From an uncultured Acidobacteriota bacterium (GTDB lineage Bacteria > Acidobacteriota > UBA6911), in assembly GCA_964353465.1 (NCBI GenBank), contig CAYGWQ010000002.1:1-60487 (forward strand): a DNA stretch of 60,487 bases. The letters are read 5' to 3'. A program made the translations under genes and the position numbers. This document shows, piece after piece, positions 47,575 to 56,647 of the stretch; the stretch's first letter is position 1, and the number at the start of each line of letters is the position of its first letter. The notes beneath the pieces were generated by a model. That model made no database searches. It was not told where the DNA came from and worked only from the letters and a program-made list of their open reading frames with translations.

Positions 47575-48345
47575 TTAGCGATCTTTCCACCGGGGGGGCC
47601 GCCTCTCCAGGAAAGCCTGGATTCCCTCGCCCGGATCTTCCAGATCCATGAGCTCATTCAGGAAAAGCGACTGGGCCTCACGCAAGTGGTGCTCCAGCGC
47701 ATGGACGCGCACACGACGTGCGGACCGCAACGCCAACTCCATCACCGCGATCGATGATCCGCGGAAGCTGTCCAGCAGCTCCTCCAGTGTTGCCTCCAGG
47801 GCGTCGTCGGGCACGGCGCGGTAAATCAATCCTATGCGCTCCGCTTCCCGCGCGTCCACCGGATTTCCGGTCAGGATCATCTGGAGTGTCCGCTGCATGC
47901 CAATGCGCTGCGGCAAGAGCAACGAGGCCAGCGAGGGCATCGTACCCACCTTGATTTCGGGTTGTCCGAAGGTAGCCTGCAAGGAAGCCACTGCAAAGTC
48001 GCAGCAAGCGGCCAGCTCATTACCGGCACCCAAGGCCACCCCCTTGACCATGGCAACGGTGGGTCTCGGATAGGTGCTGAGGGTGTGGGCAACCGTGTGA
48101 TATTGGTCGAGCAGCAGAAAAACCGCCTCCTTCGTCAGCTCGGTCATTTCCAGGCCGGCGCTGAAAGCAGCACAGTCCGAATCGACAATGAGGAGACGGC
48201 CGGGAGGCGAGTCGCCCAGGGATTCCAGCAGTTCCTGGATTTGTTGCAGCATGGCCCGGTTCAAGAAGTTCAAGGGCGTGTGCCGCAGCGTGAGTCGAAT
48301 CAGTTCGCCCGCCGTGGTGAGAGTAGCAAGTTCGGATCCATTCAT
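47575..48345 (-). CDS. Enoyl-CoA hydratase/isomerase (crotonase) family protein
   Basis: Oxyanion-hole segments (AFSAGLEM, GVALGAGNELA) and a typical ~255-aa length. Confidence 0.85.
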   Translation of the reverse strand: MNGSELATLTTAGELIRLTLRHTPLNFLNRAMLQQIQELLESLGDSPPGRLLIVDSDCAAFSAGLEMTELTKEAVFLLLDQYHTVAHTLSTYPRPTVAMVKGVALGAGNELAACCDFAVASLQATFGQPEIKVGTMPSLASLLLPQRIGMQRTLQMILTGNPVDAREAERIGLIYRAVPDDALEATLEELLDSFRGSSIAVMELALRSARRVRVHALEHHLREAQSLFLNELMDLEDPGEGIQAFLERRPPRWKDR

Positions 48346-48524
48346 GAGTCTGATACTCTAACACATTTCCTGAAATTTACAGCGCCTCAGTTAAACTACT
48401 CCAGCGACTTCGATGGCGGAGAGCAAGGTCCGCGGCCGCAAGATGGGGCTCTCTTGCTTGTCGCGTTCGCGACCGGCTGTTCCCACCGACGCCAATCTCC
48501 CGATATCCGTCTCTCGATCTCCCG

Positions 48525-48552
48525 TCGGAGGTCTGAGGTCGGAGGTCTGAGG
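48525..48552. repeat. Tandem 14-nt direct repeat (tcggaggtctgagg x2, plus a partial third)
   Basis: Read directly. It is followed by ccggaggc and lies 20 nt upstream of the ATG at 48572. Confidence 0.85.
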
Positions 48553-48571
48553 CCGGAGGCTTGGCTTATTG

Positions 48572-50089
48572 ATGTCTGAAACGCCCGCGTATCTGCGCAG
48601 GAGCCTCGCTTTACTGGAGTGGATCTGCACTGCCCAGCCGAAGGCGAAGGTGACCCTGGATTCGGTGGCATTGGGTTCCTGGACCGACCTCGCGCCCCGA
48701 TGGCAGCGCCAAGGGCCCAGGATCCACCTGCAGCTGCATTCACAGGGTCGCAACATGGCGTTTTGCGTATCGTCGGTCCAGCCGGCCCCCTGGGGTGTCG
48801 ACATCAAAGTCTGGGACCGCAGCCGCCTGCCTGCAGAAATGCGTGTGATTTGGCGCGACCTGCCCGGGCCAGCGAGGTTGAGCCGCAGCGGCATGCTGAA
48901 AGCTGTGCGCGCTTGGGCGCAGCGTGAGCTGCCTGGCTGTCAAATCCGGTCAGAGAACCAGACTCCGGACCGCGTGCACTCTCTTTCCGGCACCTACCTG
49001 CGGGTCAGGCTGCGCCGCGGCAAGGAAGATCATCTGCTGCTCGCTTGCGGAGATATGGATGTGGAGGAGAAGGCTCATGCGATCCTAACGCAGGCTTTGC
49101 TGTGGCTGGCCTATCTGCATGACCAGGGTGTTATCAGGGGTGTGCCGATGATCCACCTGCTGGTCCCCGCGGGCTATGCTGCCATATTGTGCCACCGAGC
49201 CCGACTTATCAGCCGGCAGCAGGCGCGTATTGAGGTGTGGGAATATGAGGAGAGAGCGCCGCAACAATGGGAGACCCGGAAGCCTCCGATCCAGCCCACG
49301 CCAGTAGAGGATCGGGATTTCCGGTGGCCCGTCCTGGGCCCCTTTCGCTGGAGCCCGGTGCTCGAACGCGTCGTTGGCCTGGCGCCCCATGCCATCCAAC
49401 GATACCCAAGGTTCCAGGACTATGATTCCTTGCGCCTTTGGGGACTGGAGTTTGCCAGGGTGGCAGGCCCGGACCGGGACCGCGTGAGTTTCGGAGTGGG
49501 CTTGCAGACGGAACTGACCGAGGATAATTTTGATGACTTGTGCGCGCTCGTCGAGGAGATCCTATACTATCGCCGTGCTGACAGCCCGGCGACGAATCAT
49601 CCCTATTACAGGATGCAATCAGAACGCTGGCTGGAGTGCCTCCTGCTTACCGATATTGCCAATTTGTTTCCGGAACTTGTCCCCGGATCTGTCTACCCGC
49701 AGATTCCCGTTTACCTGGGAAGAGTGCCCGGCAGGGTTGACATCCTGGGAGCGGATCGCGAAGGCAACCTGGTGGTCATGGAACTCAAAGTGAGCGAGGA
49801 TCCCGACATGCCGCTGCAATCACTCGATTACTGGGGGCGCGTGATCGTGCACAATGGAAGCGGCGATTTTGAGAGACGCGGCTATTTTGCCGGACTGCGC
49901 CTGAGCCGCGCGCGCCCCAAGATCTACCTTGTCTCCCCGCTCTTTTCTTTCCATGATTCTCTCGAGCGCGTGCTGCGCTACCTGGACCCGAAACTGGAGG
50001 TATCGAAAATCGGCATCAACGAAGACTGGCGTTGCGGCGTGAGAATCCTGCGACGAAGCAACTGCAGGTGCGGAGAACTCCTGCAATAG
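48572..50089 (+). CDS. Uncharacterised protein with C-terminal NucS-like PD-(D/E)XK nuclease domain
   Basis: 505 aa. The C-terminal region ERWLECLL..GRVDILGADREGNLVVMELKV..PLQSLDYW follows the NucS/DUF91 core pattern (E..L...G.iDlL..D..G.lvvvElK......Q...Y). The N-terminal ~330 aa have no recognisable domain. Confidence 0.7.
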   Translation: MSETPAYLRRSLALLEWICTAQPKAKVTLDSVALGSWTDLAPRWQRQGPRIHLQLHSQGRNMAFCVSSVQPAPWGVDIKVWDRSRLPAEMRVIWRDLPGPARLSRSGMLKAVRAWAQRELPGCQIRSENQTPDRVHSLSGTYLRVRLRRGKEDHLLLACGDMDVEEKAHAILTQALLWLAYLHDQGVIRGVPMIHLLVPAGYAAILCHRARLISRQQARIEVWEYEERAPQQWETRKPPIQPTPVEDRDFRWPVLGPFRWSPVLERVVGLAPHAIQRYPRFQDYDSLRLWGLEFARVAGPDRDRVSFGVGLQTELTEDNFDDLCALVEEILYYRRADSPATNHPYYRMQSERWLECLLLTDIANLFPELVPGSVYPQIPVYLGRVPGRVDILGADREGNLVVMELKVSEDPDMPLQSLDYWGRVIVHNGSGDFERRGYFAGLRLSRARPKIYLVSPLFSFHDSLERVLRYLDPKLEVSKIGINEDWRCGVRILRRSNCRCGELLQ

Positions 50090-50095
50090 CTGGAG

Positions 50096-50266
50096 CTATT
50101 TCTTCTCGCTCTTGTCGGGCTCTTCTTCACCGGCTTTGATAGCCGATTTGAAGTTCTTGATGCCTTCACCGAGCCCCTTGCCCAGCTGAGGTATCTTGTT
50201 CACTCCGAAAATCAAGACCACGATCACAAGAATTACCAGCAGTTCACCCATTCCGAAATTTGGCAT
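50096..50266 (-). CDS. tatA: Twin-arginine translocase subunit TatA/E
   Basis: [40 protein letters not shown] is the canonical TatA TM segment plus amphipathic helix. The start was moved to the ATG at 50266, after GGAGGG. Confidence 0.9.
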   Translation of the reverse strand: MPNFGMGELLVILVIVVLIFGVNKIPQLGKGLGEGIKNFKSAIKAGEEEPDKSEKK

Positions 50267-50337
50267 AAGTCCCTCCAGCCTGATGGTTCTAAGAGTACTT
50301 GAGTAGTGCGTGTAAGTCAATTGACCCGAGTCCAAAA

Positions 50338-52236
50338 TCAGAGGAGGATACGCTCGCTCCCTTGTCGCCGCGTGAATCGCTCGCGGTCGAGATACTCCAG
50401 CAAGGGGATCGCATGCTTGCGCGTAAGATCAAACAACTCTTTGAACTCGGCGACGCCGAATTTTGCTCCCGCTTGGTAGCGGCTGCGAATCCTGCTCTTC
50501 ATTGCCTCGATGGTGGCACGGCAGTACAGGATCTCCTCCGTGACGCGCACCAGTATCTTCTCCTTCAGCATCCAGGAGCAGATTTTGCGGACCTCTGCCG
50601 GATCTGCCGAAATCATGGCAGGGATGTCCGGCAGGGAAGGCGGTTGCCAGCCCGCCTGCCGCAAGAGTTCCTCGATCGCCTCCTTGATCCGCAGCCCCGC
50701 CGGCGGCAGTTGTACCTCCCGGCCGTGCAATGCCACCATGTCTTCCTGAAGAGAAATCCTGCGTTCCTCCGTCAGCTTATCGAGGCAGTATCGGAATACT
50801 TCCGGAGGCAGACCGTCATAAGCCCTCGTGCGCAACTCCTCCCGCGAGATTCCCCGGAGCAGCGGATTTTCCCGGTGGAAACGTTCAACCAGGGAGACCG
50901 TCTCTTTTTGCAGGGATTCGATGATGGCAGGGAGTGCCAGAATCGGAAGGGGGGCCGGGATCATACAAAGGGCGCCGGCTGCGGCTGCCTTCTCACAGAG
51001 ATCCTTCAAATCGGTTTCAGCGAGCCCCAGGGCTGCGTTCAACTCACGAAGCCCGATCATTTGCCCGGTTCGCAATGCAATCAGGCCCGACAGCCTCTTT
51101 GTCATGTCCCCCTGCTCCAAAGACTGCAGCAGGGTAAGCGCTCTCCGATCTGTTACCTTGTGTTTGAGGGCCTGGGGGTCTAGAACCCGCCCGCCGCCTA
51201 TCGTCACCGCGGGTGAGAATTGCCGGATAATGAACGCGTCCCCGTGGAAGCAGAAGGCCGGCCGGTCGAGGCGTAGCTGAGCCCATGCCGTTTTTCCGGG
51301 CTCCAGTGTGGATTGGCCGAGGAGCGCCACACGGGCAAGGACCTCAACAGTACCATGATGGAACCTTACCTTTGAAAAATTTCTCAGAGCTCGGGCCGCG
51401 GGCAGCAAATCCATTCGGACATCCAGCACCTGTGCGCCGTGAAATACATGCGGTACTGTCAGGCACATGCCGCGTTCGACCTGGGACAGGTCGACTCCCT
51501 GGAGATTGACGGCAGCACGCTGCCCCGGCACCGCCATATCCGTAGGTCTACCATGGACCTGAATACCTCGAATCTTGGCAACAAGCCCGCGGGGGATCAA
51601 CTCAACCTCTTCGTCTCTTTTCAGCCGGCCCGCCACCATGGTCCCGGTCACGACGGTACCGAAACCGCGCATGGTGAATGCGCGATCGACCGGCAACCGC
51701 AGCGGCCGGTCGGCGGGGCGTTCCCGCACTGCCAGGGCAAGAGTGCGCAACGATTTTTTCAGATCTTCCAGACCTTCGCCGGTTTTGGAGCTGACCGGGA
51801 TTACTTCTGCCCGGTCGAGGAAGGAGCCGCGCACAGTTTCGCGGACATCCTCCCGTACAAGCTCGACCAGCTCCGGTTCCACAAGGTCGATCTTGGTGAT
51901 CACCACGATTCCTGAGGAAACTCCGAGCAACCGGCAGATATCGAAATGCTCCCTGGTTTGGGGCATGATCGACTCGTCGGCTGCCACCACAAGAAGGACG
52001 CAGTCGATCCCTCCGGCCCCAGCCAGCATGTTTTTTACGAATCTCTCGTGGCCGGGGACGTCCACGAAAGCGATCTGGGCGCCCTCCAGTTCCAGGTGCG
52101 CGAAACCGAGGTCTATGGTGATGCCGCGCAACTGCTCTTCCTTCAGCCGGTCCGGGTCAACGCCGGTGAGGGCCTTCACAAGCGCACTTTTGCCGTGATC
52201 GATATGTCCTGCGGTTCCAACTATGATGTGGCGCAT
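50338..52236 (-). CDS. selB: Selenocysteine-specific translation elongation factor
   Basis: GTPase motifs ([21 protein letters not shown]) in the SelB arrangement, plus a long C-terminal winged-helix extension (~630 aa in total). Start at the ATG at 52236. Confidence 0.85.
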   Translation of the reverse strand: MRHIIVGTAGHIDHGKSALVKALTGVDPDRLKEEQLRGITIDLGFAHLELEGAQIAFVDVPGHERFVKNMLAGAGGIDCVLLVVAADESIMPQTREHFDICRLLGVSSGIVVITKIDLVEPELVELVREDVRETVRGSFLDRAEVIPVSSKTGEGLEDLKKSLRTLALAVRERPADRPLRLPVDRAFTMRGFGTVVTGTMVAGRLKRDEEVELIPRGLVAKIRGIQVHGRPTDMAVPGQRAAVNLQGVDLSQVERGMCLTVPHVFHGAQVLDVRMDLLPAARALRNFSKVRFHHGTVEVLARVALLGQSTLEPGKTAWAQLRLDRPAFCFHGDAFIIRQFSPAVTIGGGRVLDPQALKHKVTDRRALTLLQSLEQGDMTKRLSGLIALRTGQMIGLRELNAALGLAETDLKDLCEKAAAAGALCMIPAPLPILALPAIIESLQKETVSLVERFHRENPLLRGISREELRTRAYDGLPPEVFRYCLDKLTEERRISLQEDMVALHGREVQLPPAGLRIKEAIEELLRQAGWQPPSLPDIPAMISADPAEVRKICSWMLKEKILVRVTEEILYCRATIEAMKSRIRSRYQAGAKFGVAEFKELFDLTRKHAIPLLEYLDRERFTRRQGSERILL

Positions 52237-52394
52237 ATGAAAATCCAAAATATCTTGACTGAAAATCGGGGCATAAGTAAGCTTAATAATTTGTCAAGTT
52301 TAAGGCGGGTGCTCTCGCCTTTCGTGCACCCTTCATAGTAGTGCACCGAGCTCCGGTTAACCAGCAAAACTCTGCTGACTGCCCAGGTTGCGCA

Positions 52395-53729
52395 ATGCTA
52401 GAAAATCTTTCGAACAAGCTGCAAAAAATCCTCAGAGATTTACGTGGCCAAGGGCGTGTCTCCGAGCGCCATATTGATGCAACGGCCCGGGAGATCAGGA
52501 ATGCGCTCCTGGATGCCGATGTGCACTTCAAGATTGCCAAGGAGTTCGTTCAGCGGGTGAAGGAGCGCGCTCTGGGCCAGGATGTGATGGAGTCTCTCAC
52601 CCCGGGCCAGCAGGTTGTCAAGGTGGTCAGGGATGAACTGATAGAGCTTCTTGGCGGCAGCCAGGCCGAGCTCCAATTCTCCAAGCAGCCCCCTACTGTC
52701 TACCTGCTCGTCGGTCTGCAGGGCTCGGGCAAGACCACCACGGCGGCGAAACTGGGACTATGGCTGTCCCAGAACAATCACACGCCGCTGCTGTTCTCGG
52801 TGGACGTGTATCGGCCCGCAGCGGTCGAGCAACTTCGCGTCCTTTGCGAAGACAACCGGATCGGGTACTTCGATGATCCCGGCAATACGGACCCGATTAC
52901 CCGGGCCGAACTGGGATTGCGTCACGCTCGCAACGCCGGCTATGACGTGGTTTTGATCGATACTGCCGGGCGACTCCATATCGACGATGAGATGATGATA
53001 GAGATCGATCGCATCAAGAAAGTGGTCCAGCCGGGCGAAATCCTGCTCGTGGCCGACGCCATGACCGGCCAGGATGCTGTGCGGAGCGCGAAGGATTTTC
53101 ACGATCGCCTGGGCTTGACGGGTGTACTGCTGACGAAGATGGACGGTGACGCTCGTGGCGGTGCTGCGCTTTCGATCAAGAGTGTCACGGGACAAGCGAT
53201 CAAGTTTGTCGGGACAGGGGAGAAGGTCGATGCCCTGGAACCGTTTCATCCTGATCGTCTTGCCGGACGCATTCTGGGGATGGGTGATGTGCTGTCGCTC
53301 ATCGAGAAGGCGGAAAAGGTGGTGGATCAGCAGGAAGCCGTCGAGATGGCGGAGAAGCTGCGAAAGGATGAGTTTTCCCTGGAGGATTTCCGTGATCAGC
53401 TCCGCCAGATCCGCAAGCTTGGTTCCCTGGAGCAGATCATGGGCATGCTGCCGAACCTGGGTCCGCTGCGCGGCCTCAACCAGATGAAGGTCGATGAGAA
53501 GGAGTTGATCCACATCGAGGCCATCATCAACTCCATGACTCCTCAGGAGCGTCAATCTCACAACATCCTGAACGGGAATCGCAAGAAGCGTATCGCCCGA
53601 GGAAGCGGCCGGCCTGTACAGGAGATCAATCAGCTTTTGAAGCAGTACCTCGAGGCTCGCAAGATGATGAAGAGCCTCCACCGGGGAGTGCTCCCCCGCA
53701 TGTTCAAGGGAATGCGTTTCCCCGGCTAG
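52395..53729 (+). CDS. ffh: Signal recognition particle protein
   Basis: N domain (MLENLSNKLQKILRDLRG), G domain (GLQGSGKTTT, DTAGR, TKMDGD), and a Met-rich M domain. Confidence 0.95.
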   Translation: MLENLSNKLQKILRDLRGQGRVSERHIDATAREIRNALLDADVHFKIAKEFVQRVKERALGQDVMESLTPGQQVVKVVRDELIELLGGSQAELQFSKQPPTVYLLVGLQGSGKTTTAAKLGLWLSQNNHTPLLFSVDVYRPAAVEQLRVLCEDNRIGYFDDPGNTDPITRAELGLRHARNAGYDVVLIDTAGRLHIDDEMMIEIDRIKKVVQPGEILLVADAMTGQDAVRSAKDFHDRLGLTGVLLTKMDGDARGGAALSIKSVTGQAIKFVGTGEKVDALEPFHPDRLAGRILGMGDVLSLIEKAEKVVDQQEAVEMAEKLRKDEFSLEDFRDQLRQIRKLGSLEQIMGMLPNLGPLRGLNQMKVDEKELIHIEAIINSMTPQERQSHNILNGNRKKRIARGSGRPVQEINQLLKQYLEARKMMKSLHRGVLPRMFKGMRFPG

Positions 53730-53833
53730 GCGCGCGGCTCCCCTGCGGGATGCTCCGGCAATACTAATTGCATCCCAACGGTTGATATGCCAGAATTAAA
53801 ATTGTTTATGGAACCTTTATATTGGGAGGAGTT

Positions 53834-54085
53834 TTGCTAAGAATACGATTGACTCGGATGGGAGCGAAGAAAAAGCCGTATTACCGTGTCGTGGTTACTG
53901 AGCGACGCTCGGCGCGCGACGGCAGTTTTGTCGAAATCGTGGGACATTACAATCCCGTGTCAAATCCGCCGTCCGTCGAGTTGAAAATGGACCGGGTTCA
54001 TCACTGGATCCAGTGCGGTGCCCAGCCTTCGGAGACGGTGCGCTCTCTAATAAAGAAGGCTCCCCCGCAGGTTTCCGCAAGCTGA
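53834..54085 (+). CDS. rpsP: 30S ribosomal protein S16
   Basis: LRIRLTRMGAKKKPYYRVVV..R..RDG..IE.VG.YNP. A TTG start at 53834 after GGGAGGAG is preferred over the track TTG at 53822. Confidence 0.9.
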   Translation: MLRIRLTRMGAKKKPYYRVVVTERRSARDGSFVEIVGHYNPVSNPPSVELKMDRVHHWIQCGAQPSETVRSLIKKAPPQVSAS

Positions 54086-54172
54086 GGCTCCCCGTCGCCC
54101 TGCAGCCAGTACCCCGGATGGCTCACGTTCACAACATGATGTGGTGAGTGCGATTTCGTCGTGGAGGCGGCT

Positions 54173-54403
54173 ATGAAGGAACTGGTAGAAATGATCGCGA
54201 AGGCGCTCGTGGACAATCCAGAACAGGTAGTGGTGACGGAGGTTGAAGGGGAGCAGACCACGGTATTGGAGCTCCGCGTGGCCCAATCCGATCTCGGAAA
54301 GGTAATCGGGAAGCAAGGCCGTACGGCCCGCTGCATCCGGACCCTTCTGGGTGCGGCCGGCATGAAGCTCCGCAAACGATTCGTCCTGGAAATTCTGGAG
54401 TAG
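54173..54403 (+). CDS. KH-domain RNA-binding protein (YlqC/KhpA-like)
   Basis: [18 protein letters not shown] is the KH GxxG motif. It holds the conserved position between rpsP and rimM. Confidence 0.85.
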   Translation: MKELVEMIAKALVDNPEQVVVTEVEGEQTTVLELRVAQSDLGKVIGKQGRTARCIRTLLGAAGMKLRKRFVLEILE

Positions 54404-54936
54404 TGGATCCCACCGCCGGACCTTCCCATATTGCTATCGCCCGAATTATCAGGACCCGCGGGAATCGCGGTGAAGTCCTGGCCGAACTGCATACGGATTT
54501 CCCTACACGCTTCAGCCTCTTGCATCGAGTCTGGGTGGCATTCCCGGATGGCCGGCGGGAAAGCCTGGCACTGGAGAATAGCTGGGAGCATCAGGGCCGG
54601 CAAGTGCTGAAATTCGGCGGATTTGATTCGATCAGGGATGCGGAAGCTCTGGTAGGTGCCTGGGTCGAAGTTGATTCTGATCAGGCTGTTGCGCTCCCCG
54701 AGGGCACCTATTGGGATCGGGATCTGGTCGGCTGTTCTGTGCGCAGCGTGAGTGGGGAGCCGCTGGGTGCAGTCACAGAAGTTATGCGTATCGCTGGCAA
54801 CCATCAGCTTGTCGTCCGGGGAGAGCGAGGCGAATTTCTTGTTCCGGTGGTTGCCGCAATCTGCACGGAGATTTCGATCCCGCGCAGGGAGATCGTGGTG
54901 GATCTACCTGAAGGTTTGATGGACCTGAATAAATGA
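54403..54936 (+). CDS. rimM: 16S rRNA processing protein RimM
   Basis: Typical I..ARI.R..G.RGEV N-terminus and a PRC-barrel C-terminus. Conserved synteny. Confidence 0.85.
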   Translation: MDPTAGPSHIAIARIIRTRGNRGEVLAELHTDFPTRFSLLHRVWVAFPDGRRESLALENSWEHQGRQVLKFGGFDSIRDAEALVGAWVEVDSDQAVALPEGTYWDRDLVGCSVRSVSGEPLGAVTEVMRIAGNHQLVVRGERGEFLVPVVAAICTEISIPRREIVVDLPEGLMDLNK

Positions 54937-55616
54937 GATTTGATATCATCACAATTTTTCCGGAGCTGTTTCAAGGTTTTTGGGAGTGCGGAATCGTCCG
55001 GCGTGCCCGCCAATCCGGTATCCTTGACATTCGGATCGTGAACCTGCGCGATTTTGCCTCTGATAAACATCGGACTGTCGATGACCGTCCCTTCGGAGGA
55101 GGCGAGGGCATGGTTCTTATGCCCGGGCCGCTTTTCGATGCGGTCGATTTCTGCCGCGGCCCGGAAGTCAAAGGGGCAGCCCAGGTTGCGCTGCTTTCGC
55201 CTCAAGGCCGGCTCTGGTCGCAGGAAATGGCGCTCGAATTCGCGACAATTCCGCATGCAATCCTCATCTGCGGCCGATATGAGGGGGTAGACCAGAGGGT
55301 TGTGGACAGCCTTGTGGACAGGGAAATCTCGATCGGAGATTTCATTCTGACCGGCGGCGAGATCCCTGCGATGGTAATTCTCGATTCGGTGGTTCGACTC
55401 TTGCCAGGAGCGCTGGGTAACAAGGATTCCGCTCTGAACGAGAGTTTTTGCACCGGACTTCTGGATTGCCCGCAGTACACGCGTCCGGCTGAATTCCGCG
55501 GCATGTCCGTACCCGAGGTCCTCCTTTCTGGCGATCACGCCAGAATCGACCGATGGCGCAAGGAGCGGGCATTACAAAAAACTCGGGAGTGCCGACCGGA
55601 GATGGTCAAGAAATAA
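54933..55616 (+). CDS. trmD: tRNA (guanine37-N1)-methyltransferase
   Basis: MRFDIITIFPELF start, DDRPFGGGEGMVL, GRYEGVDQRV, and SIGDFILTGGE. Confidence 0.95.
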   Translation: MRFDIITIFPELFQGFWECGIVRRARQSGILDIRIVNLRDFASDKHRTVDDRPFGGGEGMVLMPGPLFDAVDFCRGPEVKGAAQVALLSPQGRLWSQEMALEFATIPHAILICGRYEGVDQRVVDSLVDREISIGDFILTGGEIPAMVILDSVVRLLPGALGNKDSALNESFCTGLLDCPQYTRPAEFRGMSVPEVLLSGDHARIDRWRKERALQKTRECRPEMVKK

Positions 55617-55633
55617 TTCCCTAGGAGTGTCTT

Positions 55634-56014
55634 ATGAACTTGCTGCAAGCGGTCGATAATTCACAATTGCGGACGGATATTCCCAAACTTCGTTCTGGGG
55701 ACACGGTGCGCGTTCACGTGAAGATCAAGGAAGGGGACAAATACCGCATCCAGATCTTTGAAGGCGTCGTGTTGTGCATCAAGCGGCACGGGGTATCGTC
55801 CACGTTCACGGTCCGGAAGGTTTCTTCCGGCTATGGAGTTGAGCGTATTTTCCCGCTCCACTCTCCCATCATTGAGAAGGTGGAGGTGGTGAAACAGGGG
55901 AAAGTACGCCGCGCCCGGTTGTACTACCTCCGCGGGCGCCGGGGCAAAGCCGCCCGGCTGAAGGAAGTTGGAAGAACCGAACGCCCGGCGACAGGCGTTC
56001 CAGACAGGGAGTAA
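55634..56014 (+). CDS. rplS: 50S ribosomal protein L19
   Basis: [28 protein letters not shown]...TFTVRK...[11 protein letters not shown]. Confidence 0.95.
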   Translation: MNLLQAVDNSQLRTDIPKLRSGDTVRVHVKIKEGDKYRIQIFEGVVLCIKRHGVSSTFTVRKVSSGYGVERIFPLHSPIIEKVEVVKQGKVRRARLYYLRGRRGKAARLKEVGRTERPATGVPDRE

Positions 56015-56026
56015 GATCCAGTCTCC

Positions 56027-56647
56027 ATGTGGAGCCACGACTACTTTGAGAAAACCCTGCGGCGTAACGGCTTCCTCTTGATTGCGGGAGTCGATGAAGT
56101 CGGCCGCGGGGCTCTCGCAGGACCGGTTCTCGCAGCCGCAGTCGTGCTCGATGGGACAGGGGATTACAGTCCCATCCGGGATTCCAAGGTCCTCAGCGCG
56201 CGGAAAAGACGGTCCCTGGCGGAACGGATTCATGCCGAGGCGCTCGGGATCGGATTCGGGCAGGTTTCCGAATCCGAAATCGACCGGATCAACATTCTTC
56301 AGGCCACTCATAAGGCTATGCGCCAGGCCGTTGCCAACCTGCCCTTATCCCCCGACATGGTGCTCGTGGACGGCTTTCTGCTTCCCGGTCTTGAAATGCC
56401 TTGCATTGGGATTATCGACGGGGATTCCCGCTCCTACTCCATAGCTGCCGCATCGATCGTTGCCAAGGTGAAACGGGATGCCATCATGACCTCCCTGGCG
56501 TCGGAGTTTCCTCAATACGGCTTTGACCGGAATATGGGGTATGGCACCGAGATGCACCGACGTGCGCTCACTTACCACGGACCTTCTCCCTGCCATCGAC
56601 GAACTTTCCAGGGGGTCCTAGCCATGGGAGGGATGAATGGCCAGTGA
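56027..56647 (+). CDS. rnhB: Ribonuclease HII
   Basis: Catalytic motifs (AGVDEVGRGALAGPV, DSKVLS) and the C-terminal H.R.F region. Confidence 0.9.
   Translation: MWSHDYFEKTLRRNGFLLIAGVDEVGRGALAGPVLAAAVVLDGTGDYSPIRDSKVLSARKRRSLAERIHAEALGIGFGQVSESEIDRINILQATHKAMRQAVANLPLSPDMVLVDGFLLPGLEMPCIGIIDGDSRSYSIAAASIVAKVKRDAIMTSLASEFPQYGFDRNMGYGTEMHRRALTYHGPSPCHRRTFQGVLAMGGMNGQ

Noticed and set aside
48380-48568. Short direct repeats as a CRISPR array
   Set aside because: There are only two and a half copies of a 14-mer with no spacers, which is far below CRISPR repeat size and organisation.
52237-52394. selB-ffh spacer as a location for tRNA-Sec (selC)
   Set aside because: The sequence is AT-rich and promoter-like (ttgact...), with no cloverleaf-compatible stems.
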